Origin: an uncultured Candidatus Rokubacteria bacterium
GTDB taxonomy: Bacteria; Methylomirabilota; Methylomirabilia; Rokubacteriales; CSP1-6
Assembly (NCBI GenBank): GCA_963758635.1
Contig: CAVWWD010000003.1
Coordinates: forward strand, 32,001 to 96,000
Length of the DNA: 64,000 nucleotides
Direction of reading: 5' to 3'
The number at the start of each line of letters is the position of its first letter. Within the stretch, counting starts at the first letter, position 1. The notes below the pieces were generated by a model that saw only the letters and a program-made list of their open reading frames with translations, searched no databases and had not been told where the DNA came from. The position numbers were made by a program, and so were the translations under genes. This document shows positions 20,848-30,499 of this stretch, one piece after another.

Positions 20848-20912
20848 GTCGCCGCGATGGTACTCCGCGGCCGCGGGCGGGCGGGGAAGCGAATGACTTA
20901 CAATCTCCGCTG

Positions 20913-21803
20913 ATGTCGAAGGCGCTCACGTCGAAGCCGGTCTTCACGCACGGGCGGGCGCGGCTCTATCGCGCCGACTGCCTCCGCTGGCTCGCCGGCG
21001 AGCCGCCCGCGAGCATCCACGCGGTGGTGACCGACCCGCCGTACGGCCTGGTCGAGTACACCCGGAAGGAGCAGGCGAAGCTCCGGCGCGGCCGAGGCGG
21101 CGTGTGGCGGATCCCGCCCTCGTTCGACGGTCACCAGCGATCGCCGCTGCCGCGCTTCACCACGCTCACCGACGCGGACCTGAGCGCGCTCGACTCCTTC
21201 TTCTTCGCCTGGGCCAAGGCCCTGACGCCGGTCCTCGTGCCCGGCGCCCACGTCGTCGTCGCCTCCAACCCCCTCGTCTCGTACGTGGTGGCGAGCGCGA
21301 TCGCGCGGACCGGGCTCGAGCGCCGGGGCGACGTCGTCCGGCTCGTGATGACCATGCGCGGCGGCGACCGCCCGAAGAACGCGCACCGCGAGTTCGCGGG
21401 CGTGACCGTGATGCCGCGCTCGATGTGGGAGCCGTGGCTCCTGTTCCGCAAGCCCGTGGAGGGCCGCGTCCAGGACAACCTCAGGAAGTGGAACACGGGA
21501 GGGTTGCGGCGGCTGTCCGACCGGCAGCCGTTCGGCGACGTGGTGTCGTCACACCCGACGCGCCCGGCCGAGCGCGCGATCGCCCCGCACCCGAGCCTCA
21601 AGCCGCAGGCCTTCCTGCGTCACATCGTGCGCGCGGTGCTTCCGCTGGGCGAGGGCGTCGTGCTCGATCCCTTCGCGGGCTCGGGCTCGACGCTGGCCGC
21701 CGCCGAGTCGGTCGGGTACGAGAGCGTGGGCGTGGAGATCGATCCGCACTACGTGGCGATGGCCCGCCGCGCCATCCCCCGCCTCGCCGCGCTCGAGCCC
21801 TGA
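20913..21803 (+). CDS. Site-specific N6-A/N4-C DNA methyltransferase, beta class
   Basis: TDPPY precedes HPSLKP and LDPFAGSGST. Confidence 0.93.
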   Translation: MSKALTSKPVFTHGRARLYRADCLRWLAGEPPASIHAVVTDPPYGLVEYTRKEQAKLRRGRGGVWRIPPSFDGHQRSPLPRFTTLTDADLSALDSFFFAWAKALTPVLVPGAHVVVASNPLVSYVVASAIARTGLERRGDVVRLVMTMRGGDRPKNAHREFAGVTVMPRSMWEPWLLFRKPVEGRVQDNLRKWNTGGLRRLSDRQPFGDVVSSHPTRPAERAIAPHPSLKPQAFLRHIVRAVLPLGEGVVLDPFAGSGSTLAAAESVGYESVGVEIDPHYVAMARRAIPRLAALEP

Positions 21804-21849
21804 CCTTCCCTGACCGTTCGGAACGATTCGCAAGTCAACGCGCGAGATC

Positions 21850-22017
21850 GGGGTCGCGCGGGGCGCGGGGAGGCACCTGGGGTCGCCGGGGCCCTTCCCC
21901 TCCATCGGTTAGCGGACCGAGCCCGCCCGGATGGAGCCCAGCCGCAGCAGCGGGGCAGCGGACGCGTGCGGCGTGGTCCCGGGACCCCAGGTGCCTCCCC
22001 GCGCCCCGCGCGACCCC
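21850..22017. mobile_element. MITE/REPIN-like element with long terminal inverted repeats
   Basis: GGGGTCGCGCGGGGCGCGGGGAGGCACCTGGGGTC and its exact reverse complement (35 bp) around a spacer. Confidence 0.8.
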
Positions 22018-22028
22018 GCCTCGACCGG

Positions 22029-23159
22029 TCAGCCGGCGGTTGCGGGCTGGAAGCGGTCGCGGACCTCCACCGACAGCGCGCCCTGGCGGCAGGTGGCGAG
22101 GGTGTAGGTGGCGTAGGCGGAGCGGCACGGCGAGCCCTTCGCGACGGAGAGCTCCCGCGCGGTCAGGTCGCCGATCAGCGAGGCCACGGTCTGGAGGTTG
22201 CGTCCCGGGAACGGGTGCGCGCACACGCTGTGGGGCGCGTTCGCGTGGTCGCGGTAGAAGGCCTGGACGTCGCTCACCGTGATCGGGGCGGTGGCGGTCT
22301 CGAAGAGCTCGGTCAGGCGCGCGCGACGATGGCAGGAGTTCTCCGGCGCGGTCTCGTAGCCGGCGAACTCCGGCGCCTCCAGGTGGTTGGCGTGCACGAG
22401 GAGATCGTCCGTGCCGCGCAGCACCGCGACCTCCTTGCGCAGCACCTCGGCGTCCAGGAACACGCCGCCGGCGTCGGCGATCAGGAGGTTGCGCGAGGCC
22501 GCGCGGGGCGGCGCGAGCGCCGCGGCGAGCGCGCGCTCGGCGCTGTCCGCGCGCATGGCGAGGCGGGACAGCAGGTAGCGGGGCAGGCCCTCGCCCCACC
22601 CCGACGGGTCGTTGATGAAGTTGGCGCAGATGCCCACGCCCGCCTCGTTCAGGCCGTTGTGTCCCAGGAGGCCCGCGGTGGTGTAGAGGAGCGTGGCCGG
22701 CGCGTCCTTCGGATACTGCCGGATCACCACGCCGTACTCCTGGATGAACGGGACCAGGTCGACGTTCTGGCCGAAGATCACGCTCCCGCCCGCGGTGCGG
22801 CGGCCGCCCACCGCGAACGTCGTGCACTCGAGCGCGGGCGGCGGCGTGCGGTCCTTCTGGGTCCGCATCACCTCGGCACGGGCCTGGAGCAGCAGGAGAT
22901 GGTCGAGCGGAAGGCCGGAGCCGCGCGCCATGCCCTCGAGCTCCTCCCAGAGGAAGGGCGCGTGCGCCTGGATGGCGGGCGCGTAGGACGTCGCGGTGGC
23001 GAGGGCGGCCTCGCGCGTGCAGCCCGTCTCCGCGCGGACGTGGCCCAGCCACGCCTCGACGTGACGATCGATCAGGGGCGCCAGCATCTGGCCGACCTGC
23101 TGCCCCATGTCGCCCCAGCTCCCCTGCACGTGGATGAAGGGAAGGATCTCCGTCGCCAT
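22029..23159 (-). CDS. Peptidase C45 (acyl-CoA:6-APA acyltransferase-like Ntn hydrolase)
   Basis: ECTTFAV nucleophile, GQNVD, GLNEAGV, HANH, GSPC. Confidence 0.9.
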   Translation of the reverse strand: MATEILPFIHVQGSWGDMGQQVGQMLAPLIDRHVEAWLGHVRAETGCTREAALATATSYAPAIQAHAPFLWEELEGMARGSGLPLDHLLLLQARAEVMRTQKDRTPPPALECTTFAVGGRRTAGGSVIFGQNVDLVPFIQEYGVVIRQYPKDAPATLLYTTAGLLGHNGLNEAGVGICANFINDPSGWGEGLPRYLLSRLAMRADSAERALAAALAPPRAASRNLLIADAGGVFLDAEVLRKEVAVLRGTDDLLVHANHLEAPEFAGYETAPENSCHRRARLTELFETATAPITVSDVQAFYRDHANAPHSVCAHPFPGRNLQTVASLIGDLTARELSVAKGSPCRSAYATYTLATCRQGALSVEVRDRFQPATAG

Positions 23160-23193
23160 CGCGCGTCCTCCTCCGGTTGTCGACGCCGAAGCG

Positions 23194-23733
23194 TCAGCGG
23201 TTGTACGGGAGCTTCAGCAGGAGCGCGGCCATGCCGCAGTGCCCGGTGCTCCCCGCGAAGACGAGCCCGGCGCCGACGAACCCGCTGAGCAGCAGGAACC
23301 ACGGCGAGACGAGCGCGCCGAGCACGGTGCCCGCCACGACGAGCGACCCGGCGACGATCTGCACCTGGCGGATGACCGGCAGCGGCGCTCCCCGCGTGGA
23401 CTCCACGGGCAGGCCGGCCTGCTTCCACGCCGAGATCCCGCCCTCCAGGTTGTAGACCTCGCCGCGGCCGGCGCCGGCGAGGCGCTGGGCGGCCTTGCCG
23501 GAGGCGACACCGATCTCGCAGTGCAGGACGAGCCGCTGGCCGGCGCCCACCGGCAGGCGCGCGGAGTCGATCGTGGCGTCCGGGACGGACACGGCGCCGG
23601 CGATCCGCTCGGCGGCGTGCATGCCCGGGGGCCGCACGTCGATCAGCGCGGCCTCGCCCGCGGCCAGCCACCCGTGGAGCGTCTTCGCGTCCACGCTCTT
23701 CACTCCGCCCTGCGTCGTCGCCGTTGCCGGCAT
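23194..23733 (-). CDS. Rhodanese + DUF2892 membrane protein (YgaP-like)
   Basis: LIDVR, HCEIG, LEGGISAW, RQVQIVAG, TGHCGMA. Confidence 0.9.
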   Translation of the reverse strand: MPATATTQGGVKSVDAKTLHGWLAAGEAALIDVRPPGMHAAERIAGAVSVPDATIDSARLPVGAGQRLVLHCEIGVASGKAAQRLAGAGRGEVYNLEGGISAWKQAGLPVESTRGAPLPVIRQVQIVAGSLVVAGTVLGALVSPWFLLLSGFVGAGLVFAGSTGHCGMAALLLKLPYNR

Positions 23734-23763
23734 GCGCGTCTCCTTCCCGAAAGGGCGGGCCGC

Positions 23764-24886
23764 TCAGCCCGCCGACTTGAGGCCGATCACGTTGAAGGCG
23801 GTGACGGGGCGCTGGAACCCCTTGAGGGTCAGCTCGCCCACCGCCTCGAGGTCGACCGCGTTGTCGGCGACGGTGGCGATCACGCGCCGCGGACGAGGAT
23901 CTGTCCGGCGCGCGCCTCCCCGCACAGCCGGGCGGCGAGGTTCGTCACGTTGCCGATGGCGCCGTAGTCCATGCGGCCCTCGAAGCCGATGGCCCCGATG
24001 GTGGCATAGCCCTGGGCGATGCCCACGCCGGCGTCCAGGTTGTAGCCCATCCGATCCCATCGTGCACACAGCCCGGCCACGCGCTCGCGCATGGCCAGCG
24101 CCATGCGGACCGCGCGCTCGGCGGGATTGGGCACCGGGACGGGATCGTTGAAGAAGATCATCATGCCGTCGCCGGTGAAGCGCTCGAGCGTGCCCTCGTG
24201 CTCGACGATGAGCTGGCCCATGGCCGCGTGGTACTCGCGGAGCACGCTCATCACCTCCTCGGGCTCGGCCGTCTCCGCGAAGGCGGTCCAGCCGCGCAGG
24301 TCCACGAAGACGACGGTGATCTCGCGGCGATGGCTCTTCAGGGGGTCTTCGGCGTCGCCGGTCAGGATCATGTCGGCGAGCTGGGGCGAGAAGAACCGCT
24401 TGAGGCGGCCCATGCGATCGAGCTGGTTCACCTGGTCCTGCACGCGCTGCTCCAGGTTCTTGTTCACTCCGCGAGCTGGCCGGCCTGGAGCTGCACGGTG
24501 TCGTAGAGCTGCTTCACGCGCACGAGGGAGCGGACACGGGCGAGCAGCTCGGCGTGGTTCACCGGCTTGGTGAGGAAGTCGTCGGCTCCCGCCTCCAGGC
24601 CCTTGATGCGCTCCTGCGAGGGGTCGAGCGCCGTCACCATGACCACGGGCAGGATGCCGGTGGCGGGGTTGTCGCGGATGCGCTTGCAGACCTCGTAGCC
24701 GCTCATCTGCGGCATCATCACGTCGAGCAGCACGATGTCCGGCCGCTCGGCCTCCACCTTGTCCAGGGCCTCGGGCCCCGACGCGGCGGTCACCACGGCG
24801 TAGCCCTTCACCGACAGCAGGTCGGCGAGCAGCTTGACGTTCTGGGGCGTGTCGTCGACGACCAGGACCTTGGCGGGGGCGGTCAC
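23764..24886 (-). CDS. Response regulator receiver + class III adenylate/guanylate cyclase (frameshifts near 24467 and 23885)
   Basis: KVLVVDD...LLDVMMP...FLTKP; VFVDLRGWT, RFTGDG, GNVTNLAARL, LKG. Confidence 0.88.
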
Positions 24887-25274
24887 GAGCCGCCTCCGCG
24901 GCCGGCGCGCGAGCATCGCGGCCACCGCCTCCACGAAGCCCTTCACGTTGATCGGCTTGGCCTGGTAGGCGTCGAAGCCGGCGGCGAGGATCTTCTGGCG
25001 ATCGTGGGTCATGGCCGACGCGGTGACCGCCATGACCGGGATGTCGCGCGTCCGCGGATCGGCGCGCAGGTGACCGAGCGCGTCGATCCCGCTCATGCCC
25101 GGGAGCTGGATGTCCATGAGGATCAGCGCGGGCGGCGACTCCTGGGCCATGCGGATCGCCCTCCTCCGCCGTCTCGGACTCCATGGTCTGGTACCCCTTG
25201 AACTGGAGCACGTCGCGCACCAGCTTCCGGTTCTTCTCGTTGTCCTCGACGATCAGGATCAGCTCGCTCGGCAT
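24883..25274 (-). CDS. Single-domain response regulator (DivK-like, frameshifted)
   Basis: ILIVEDN, LMDIQLPG, AVTASA, AKP. Confidence 0.85.
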
Positions 25275-25346
25275 GGGATCAACCAGTCTGCTCCGGGAGC
25301 GTGAGAGTGGAGATCGCGCCGGTGGCCGCGTCGCTCCCGATCCGCC

Positions 25347-28298
25347 TCACGCCGGCGTCTCCGCCGGGCGCGCCAGGGGGAGCGTGAACGTGAAGGTCGA
25401 CCCGCGGCCCAGCTCGCTCTTCACCCAGACCGTGCCGCCGTGGAGCTCGACGAGGCGGCGCGTGAGGGACAGGCCGAGCCCGGTGCCTTCGCGCTTGCGC
25501 GCGTAGTCGCTGCCGACCTGCCGGAACTCCTCGAAGATCGCCTCCTGGTCCTCGGGGGCGATGCCGATCCCCGTGTCCGACACCGCGACCTCGATCGAGC
25601 CGTTCACCGCCTCCGCCCGGACCTCGACGCGGCCGCCCTCCGGCGTGAACTTCACCGCGTTGGAGAGGAGGTTCAGGAGGATCTGCTTCACCTTGCGCTC
25701 GTCGGCGTTCACGGCGCCCACGTCCTTGCCCACCGTCTGCGCGATGTGGATGCCGTGGGTGGTGGCGCGCTCGCGCACCAGCGTGAGGGCGTTGTCGATG
25801 GCCGCGGGCAGATCGAACGTCGCGAGCTCCAGCTCCATCCGGCCCGCTTCCACCTTGGACAGGTCGAGGATGTCGTTGATCAGGGACAGCAGGTGGCGGC
25901 CGGAGGACAGCACGTCCTGAAGGTACTCCTCCTGCTTGGGGTTCACGTCGCCGAACATGCGGTCGATCAGCACCTCCGAGAAGCCGATGATGGCGTTCAG
26001 CGGCGTGCGGAGCTCGTGCGACATGTTGGCGAGGAACTCCGACTTGTGCCGGTTGGCGACCTCGAGCTGCCGGCCCTTGTCCTCGATCTCCCCGAAGAGC
26101 CGCGCGTTCTGGAGCGCGAGCGCGGACTGGGTGGCGAAGGTCTGCAGGAGCTGCACCGTGTCGGGCGGGAACTCGCCCGCCGTCTTCCGGTTGACCACGA
26201 GGCCGCCGATGATCCGGCCCTCGGAGAGGAGCGGCACGGCGAGGAGGCTCCGCACGCCCACCCGGAGGAGCGCATCGCGCAGACGTCCCGCGTAGGCGCC
26301 TTCCTGCGTGATGTCGGGGACCTGGACGGGCTCCCGGGTGTCCGCGAGCCGCCCGACCGCGCCCTCCCCGCGCCTGAGATGCCCCTCGCGCCTGGCGACG
26401 CCGAGCACGCCCTCGATGCCCTGCTCGGCGCGGAGGAGGAACACCTCGCGCTCCTCGTCGTACTCGTAGATGGCGCCGCCGTCGGTGCCCGCGAGCTGAC
26501 AGGCGCGGAACACGATCGTCGTGAGCACGGTGTCCAGGTCGAGCGTGGAGCTGACGGCGCGCCCGACGTCGCTCAGCGCCGTGAGCTGCTGCACCGAGCG
26601 GGTCAGGTCGCTGGTGCGCGCCTGGAGCTCACCGAACAGCCGCACGTTCTCGATGGCGATGACGGCCTGGTCGGCGAAGGTCTGCAGCAGGGCGACCTGC
26701 TTCTCCGAGAAAAACCCTGTCTCGCTCCGGGCCAGCACGATCCCCCCGATCGCGTGCCCCTCTCGCAGCATGGGGAGCGCGATCGTGCTCCGTGGCCGCT
26801 CGCTCTCGACGACCCAGGGCACGCCGACGGGCTGCGCCGCGTAGTCCGGGACCTGCGTGACACGCCGGTCGCGGATGGCCTGCGCGACGAGGCTTCCGTC
26901 GCCGGGCGGCATTGGGAAGTGCCGGCGGACCACGGCGAGCTGGGCCTCGGGCCACCGGTACGCCGTCACGAAGTGCACCAGCTCGCCGTCGAAGTGAAAG
27001 ACTCCGCCGAAGCGGGCGGCGTCGCAGAGACGGACCGCGCGCTCGAGGATCGCCTCGAAAACGGGCCGCGCGTCGGTGGGCGAGCTGGAGATCACCCGCA
27101 GGATGTCCGCGGTCGCCGTCTGCTGCTCGAGCGCCTCGGAGAGCTCGCGCGTGCGGTCCTCCACCTTGTGCTCGAGGTTGGCGTAGGACTCCTGGAGCTG
27201 CGCCGCCGTGCGGTTGAACTGGTCGGCCAGGCTCTCGAGCTCGTCGCCCGTGCGCACCTCGATGCGATGGCCGAGGTCGCCCGCGCCGATGCGCGCGGCG
27301 CCCGTGCCGAGGGCCTGGATCGGGGTGACCATGCGGCGGGCGAGGAAGAGGCTCGCCACCCAGGCGAGCACGATGCCCACGGCGAGGAGGCCGAGGGTCC
27401 GCTGGGCGGAGCCGTAGAGGGGCGCGAGCGCCTCGCCCACCGGGAGCTCGACGAACACCGTCCAGCCGAGCGGCTGGACGCGCGCCGACGCGGTCAGCAC
27501 CTGGCGGCCCTCCGGGTCCGTGGCGATCGTGATGGGCTCGCCCGGCGCGGCCCCGGGCGCGGCGATGGCCGCCCGCACCTGGGGGAGCCGCGAGAGGTCG
27601 CTCTTCTGGAGGACGAGGCTCATGTCGGGATGGGCCACGAGGTGCCCGCGGTCGTCCACCACGTAGGCGCGGCCCGCCTTGCCCACCTTGATCTGCGACA
27701 CCACGTCCCAGATGAACTTGAGGTTCAGCTCGGCCACGGTCACGCCGGGATCGCGGCCCGCCACGGCCAGGCGCATGTACGGCTCGGAGTCCTTCCGGAA
27801 GTACACCGGGCTGTAGTACGGGCGCGCCACCGGCGGCTGCGCGCTGGCGCCGCTCCGCGGCACCGTGAAGCGCGGATCCTGCGAGTAGTCGGTGTCGCCG
27901 CCGATCACGTCCATGGCCAGGCGGGACACGCGGAGCTGCTCGCGCCCCCGGGCGTCGAGATAGCTCGACTCGGTGATGGCGAGGACGCGGAGCTGCAGCC
28001 GCACGAAGTCGAAGCGCCGCTGCTCGATGACGCTGCCGGTGGGCGCCAGCACCGGCTCCGTCGTCCACGCGAGCTGCCGCTCCACCTCCTTCACGAACTG
28101 CTCGATGCGGGAGGCGACGCCGAGGGCCTTCTCCTCCTGGAGCGCGACGAGGGCGGCCCGGCTCTCCTTGTAGGAGAAGTAGATCTCGATGAGGCCGCTC
28201 GTCAGGAGGGCCCCGCTGACGAGCAGGACGAAGAGGACGACGTACTTCCGAACAAGCCGCCGCCGCGGATTCCGCAGGGCCACCGCGGGAGCCTCCAC
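25347..28298 (-). CDS. Sensor histidine kinase (dCache-HAMP-GAF-GAF-HisKA-HATPase)
   Basis: Two TM segments, TGDELESLADQFN, FADQAVIAIENVRL, MSHELRTPLN, NAVKFT, DTGIG, GTGLGL. Confidence 0.95.
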   Translation of the reverse strand: MEAPAVALRNPRRRLVRKYVVLFVLLVSGALLTSGLIEIYFSYKESRAALVALQEEKALGVASRIEQFVKEVERQLAWTTEPVLAPTGSVIEQRRFDFVRLQLRVLAITESSYLDARGREQLRVSRLAMDVIGGDTDYSQDPRFTVPRSGASAQPPVARPYYSPVYFRKDSEPYMRLAVAGRDPGVTVAELNLKFIWDVVSQIKVGKAGRAYVVDDRGHLVAHPDMSLVLQKSDLSRLPQVRAAIAAPGAAPGEPITIATDPEGRQVLTASARVQPLGWTVFVELPVGEALAPLYGSAQRTLGLLAVGIVLAWVASLFLARRMVTPIQALGTGAARIGAGDLGHRIEVRTGDELESLADQFNRTAAQLQESYANLEHKVEDRTRELSEALEQQTATADILRVISSSPTDARPVFEAILERAVRLCDAARFGGVFHFDGELVHFVTAYRWPEAQLAVVRRHFPMPPGDGSLVAQAIRDRRVTQVPDYAAQPVGVPWVVESERPRSTIALPMLREGHAIGGIVLARSETGFFSEKQVALLQTFADQAVIAIENVRLFGELQARTSDLTRSVQQLTALSDVGRAVSSTLDLDTVLTTIVFRACQLAGTDGGAIYEYDEEREVFLLRAEQGIEGVLGVARREGHLRRGEGAVGRLADTREPVQVPDITQEGAYAGRLRDALLRVGVRSLLAVPLLSEGRIIGGLVVNRKTAGEFPPDTVQLLQTFATQSALALQNARLFGEIEDKGRQLEVANRHKSEFLANMSHELRTPLNAIIGFSEVLIDRMFGDVNPKQEEYLQDVLSSGRHLLSLINDILDLSKVEAGRMELELATFDLPAAIDNALTLVRERATTHGIHIAQTVGKDVGAVNADERKVKQILLNLLSNAVKFTPEGGRVEVRAEAVNGSIEVAVSDTGIGIAPEDQEAIFEEFRQVGSDYARKREGTGLGLSLTRRLVELHGGTVWVKSELGRGSTFTFTLPLARPAETPA

Positions 28299-28332
28299 GC
28301 CGGGGACTACTCCGGCCGCGCGGGGGCGGTGG

Positions 28333-28710
28333 TCACGAACGTCCGCGCCGCGCCAGCACCGCCTGGATCTTGGCCACGAGGCCGGGGAAGTCCACCGGCT
28401 TCTCCTCGAAGTCGTCGCAGCCCGCGGTCATCGCCTGCTCCCGGTGCTTGGGATCGGCGTGGGAGCTGAGCGCGATGATCGGGATCTCCTTGGTCTCGGG
28501 CTGGGCCTTGAGGCGGCGGGTGGCCTCCCAGCCGTCGAGGACGGGAAGGTTCAGGTCCATCAGGATGAGGTCGGGACGGTCCTGGGTCGCCATGGTGACG
28601 CCTTCGGCCCCGTTGCGCGCCACGCTCACGTCGAAGCCGGCCTGGGTGAGCCGCCGGTGGGCGATGAACATGTTGTCGTCGTTGTCCTCGACGTAGAGGA
28701 TGGTCGCCAT
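28333..28710 (-). CDS. Single-domain response regulator
   Basis: ILYVEDN, LMDLNLP, EKP. Confidence 0.9.
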   Translation of the reverse strand: MATILYVEDNDDNMFIAHRRLTQAGFDVSVARNGAEGVTMATQDRPDLILMDLNLPVLDGWEATRRLKAQPETKEIPIIALSSHADPKHREQAMTAGCDDFEEKPVDFPGLVAKIQAVLARRGRS

Positions 28711-28762
28711 GGCCGCTCTCCCCCGACGCGCGTCGCGACGGGCCCGACGGCCCGCGCGCTCC

Positions 28763-29542
28763 TCAATCGAGGATGACGCCGCCGTCCACGTTATAGGACT
28801 GGCCCGTGATGTTGCGGGCGCCCGGGGAGGCGAGGAAGACGGCAAGGGCCGCCACGTCCTCCGGGTCGTTGGGGCGACCCAGGGGAATGGCGGCATTGCG
28901 GCGCCGCTCCATCTCTTCCACCGCCACGCCGTGCTGCTGGGCCCGCGTGCGCAGGTTGTCCTGCGACAGCGCCGTCACCGTGGTGCCCGGACAGATCGCG
29001 TTGACCCGGATGTCGTGCGGGGCGAGCTGCAGCGCGGCGATCTTCGTGAGGCTGATGACCGCGCCCTTGCTCGCCGCGTAGATGGCGTTGGAGGTGCCCG
29101 CGAAGCCCTTGCCGGCGATCGAGGCGACGTTGACGATGACGCCGCGGCGGCGCGGGATCATCTCGCGCGCCACCCGCTGGAGGCAGAAGAACACGCCCTT
29201 GGCGTTGATCCGGAAGATGCGGTCCCAGTCGGCCTCGTCGAGGTCCATGATGTCGGCGCGACGCGTGACGCCGGCGTTGTTGACGAGGACGTCGACCTGC
29301 CCGAAGGTCTCCACGGTGCGGCGGACCATCGCATCGATGGCGGCGAGGTCGCCCACGTCGACGGCGAGGGCCAGGCCCTTCTTGCCCGCCTTCGTGACCG
29401 CGGCCGCGCACGCCTCGGCTCCGGCGGCGTCGATGTCCACCGCCACCACGTGAGCGCCGGCCCGGGCCAGGGCCTCGGCGGTCGCCCGCCCGATCCCGTT
29501 GGCCGCCCCCGTCACGATCGCGACGCGCTCGGTCTGGTCCAT
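28763..29542 (-). CDS. SDR oxidoreductase
   Basis: TGAANGIG, NNAG, YAASK, ICPG. Confidence 0.92.
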   Translation of the reverse strand: MDQTERVAIVTGAANGIGRATAEALARAGAHVVAVDIDAAGAEACAAAVTKAGKKGLALAVDVGDLAAIDAMVRRTVETFGQVDVLVNNAGVTRRADIMDLDEADWDRIFRINAKGVFFCLQRVAREMIPRRRGVIVNVASIAGKGFAGTSNAIYAASKGAVISLTKIAALQLAPHDIRVNAICPGTTVTALSQDNLRTRAQQHGVAVEEMERRRNAAIPLGRPNDPEDVAALAVFLASPGARNITGQSYNVDGGVILD

Positions 29543-29583
29543 GGCGGGGACGATAGCGCGGCCCCTCTGAGCCGTCAACCAGG

Positions 29584-30459
29584 CTAGGCCAGGTGCGACA
29601 ACCCCTCCTGCGCGACGGTGGCGACCAGCCTGCCGGCCCCGTCGAAGACCCGGCCCTGGACGAGGGCCCGGCCGCCCGCCATGCGCTGGGCCGCCTGCGA
29701 GTAGAGGAGCCAGTCGTCGGCCTTGATCGCGCGGTGGAACCACATGGCGTGGTCGAGGCTCGCCTGCTCGACGCGCCGGTCGATCCAGGCGATCCCGCGC
29801 GGCTGGCACGCGATGTCGAGCAGCGTCAGGTCGGAGGCATAGGCGAGGACGGCGGCGTGGAGCAGCGGGTCCTCGGGCAGGGGGCCGGTGGCCCGGATCC
29901 AGGTGTCCGCGGTGGGGGGCACGGCCGGCGGCGAGATGAGCGGCACCGGGCGGGCCTGGCGCACCTCGACGGCGCGCGGGCCGAGGAGCCAGGCGCGCTG
30001 CTCCGGCGGCAGGTCGCCCGCCACGGCGAGCCGCTCGTCGAGCTCGGAGGCGAGCCCCTCCGGCCCCGGCACGCGCGGCATCGGGTCCGACTGGTAGTCG
30101 AGCGGATCGTCGAGCTCGCTGGCGAACGACGCGACCATGACCGAGGTCTCGCGCCCGCCCTGCCACGACGACACGTGCCGCTGGGCGAACCGGCGGCCGT
30201 CGCGGAGGCGGCGCACCCGGTGCTCGATGGGCCGCGTGGGATCGGCGGGCGAGAGGAAGTGCGCGTGGAGCGCGCGGCACGCCTTGCCGGAGACGGTGCG
30301 GCCGGCCGCCACCAGGCCCTGCGCGAGCAGCTCGCCGCCGAAGGCCCGCGGGCGCGCGCGCTCCACGCAGGACGCCTCGAAGCGATCCTCGCCGCGCGAG
30401 CGGATGTCCCAGGAGTCGAGGAGGGCGGACAGCGGATCCGAGGCCATGGCGCCAGGCAT
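29584..30459 (-). CDS. tesB: Acyl-CoA thioesterase II family
   Basis: FGGELLAQ, RLRDGR, AYASD, ASLDHAMWFH, AQEGL. Confidence 0.85.
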   Translation of the reverse strand: MPGAMASDPLSALLDSWDIRSRGEDRFEASCVERARPRAFGGELLAQGLVAAGRTVSGKACRALHAHFLSPADPTRPIEHRVRRLRDGRRFAQRHVSSWQGGRETSVMVASFASELDDPLDYQSDPMPRVPGPEGLASELDERLAVAGDLPPEQRAWLLGPRAVEVRQARPVPLISPPAVPPTADTWIRATGPLPEDPLLHAAVLAYASDLTLLDIACQPRGIAWIDRRVEQASLDHAMWFHRAIKADDWLLYSQAAQRMAGGRALVQGRVFDGAGRLVATVAQEGLSHLA

Positions 30460-30499
30460 GTGATCCGGCCGTCCCGCCGTCAGGATGATGCGCGAGCAG

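Noticed and set aside
24464..25150. Tandem REC-REC fusion
   Set aside because: Better explained by an indel removing the GTGA stop/start overlap at 24883-24886
25440..28469. 1009-aa plus-strand ORF and similar long antisense ORFs
   Set aside because: GC-rich shadows of real genes on the opposite strand, with no recognisable motifs
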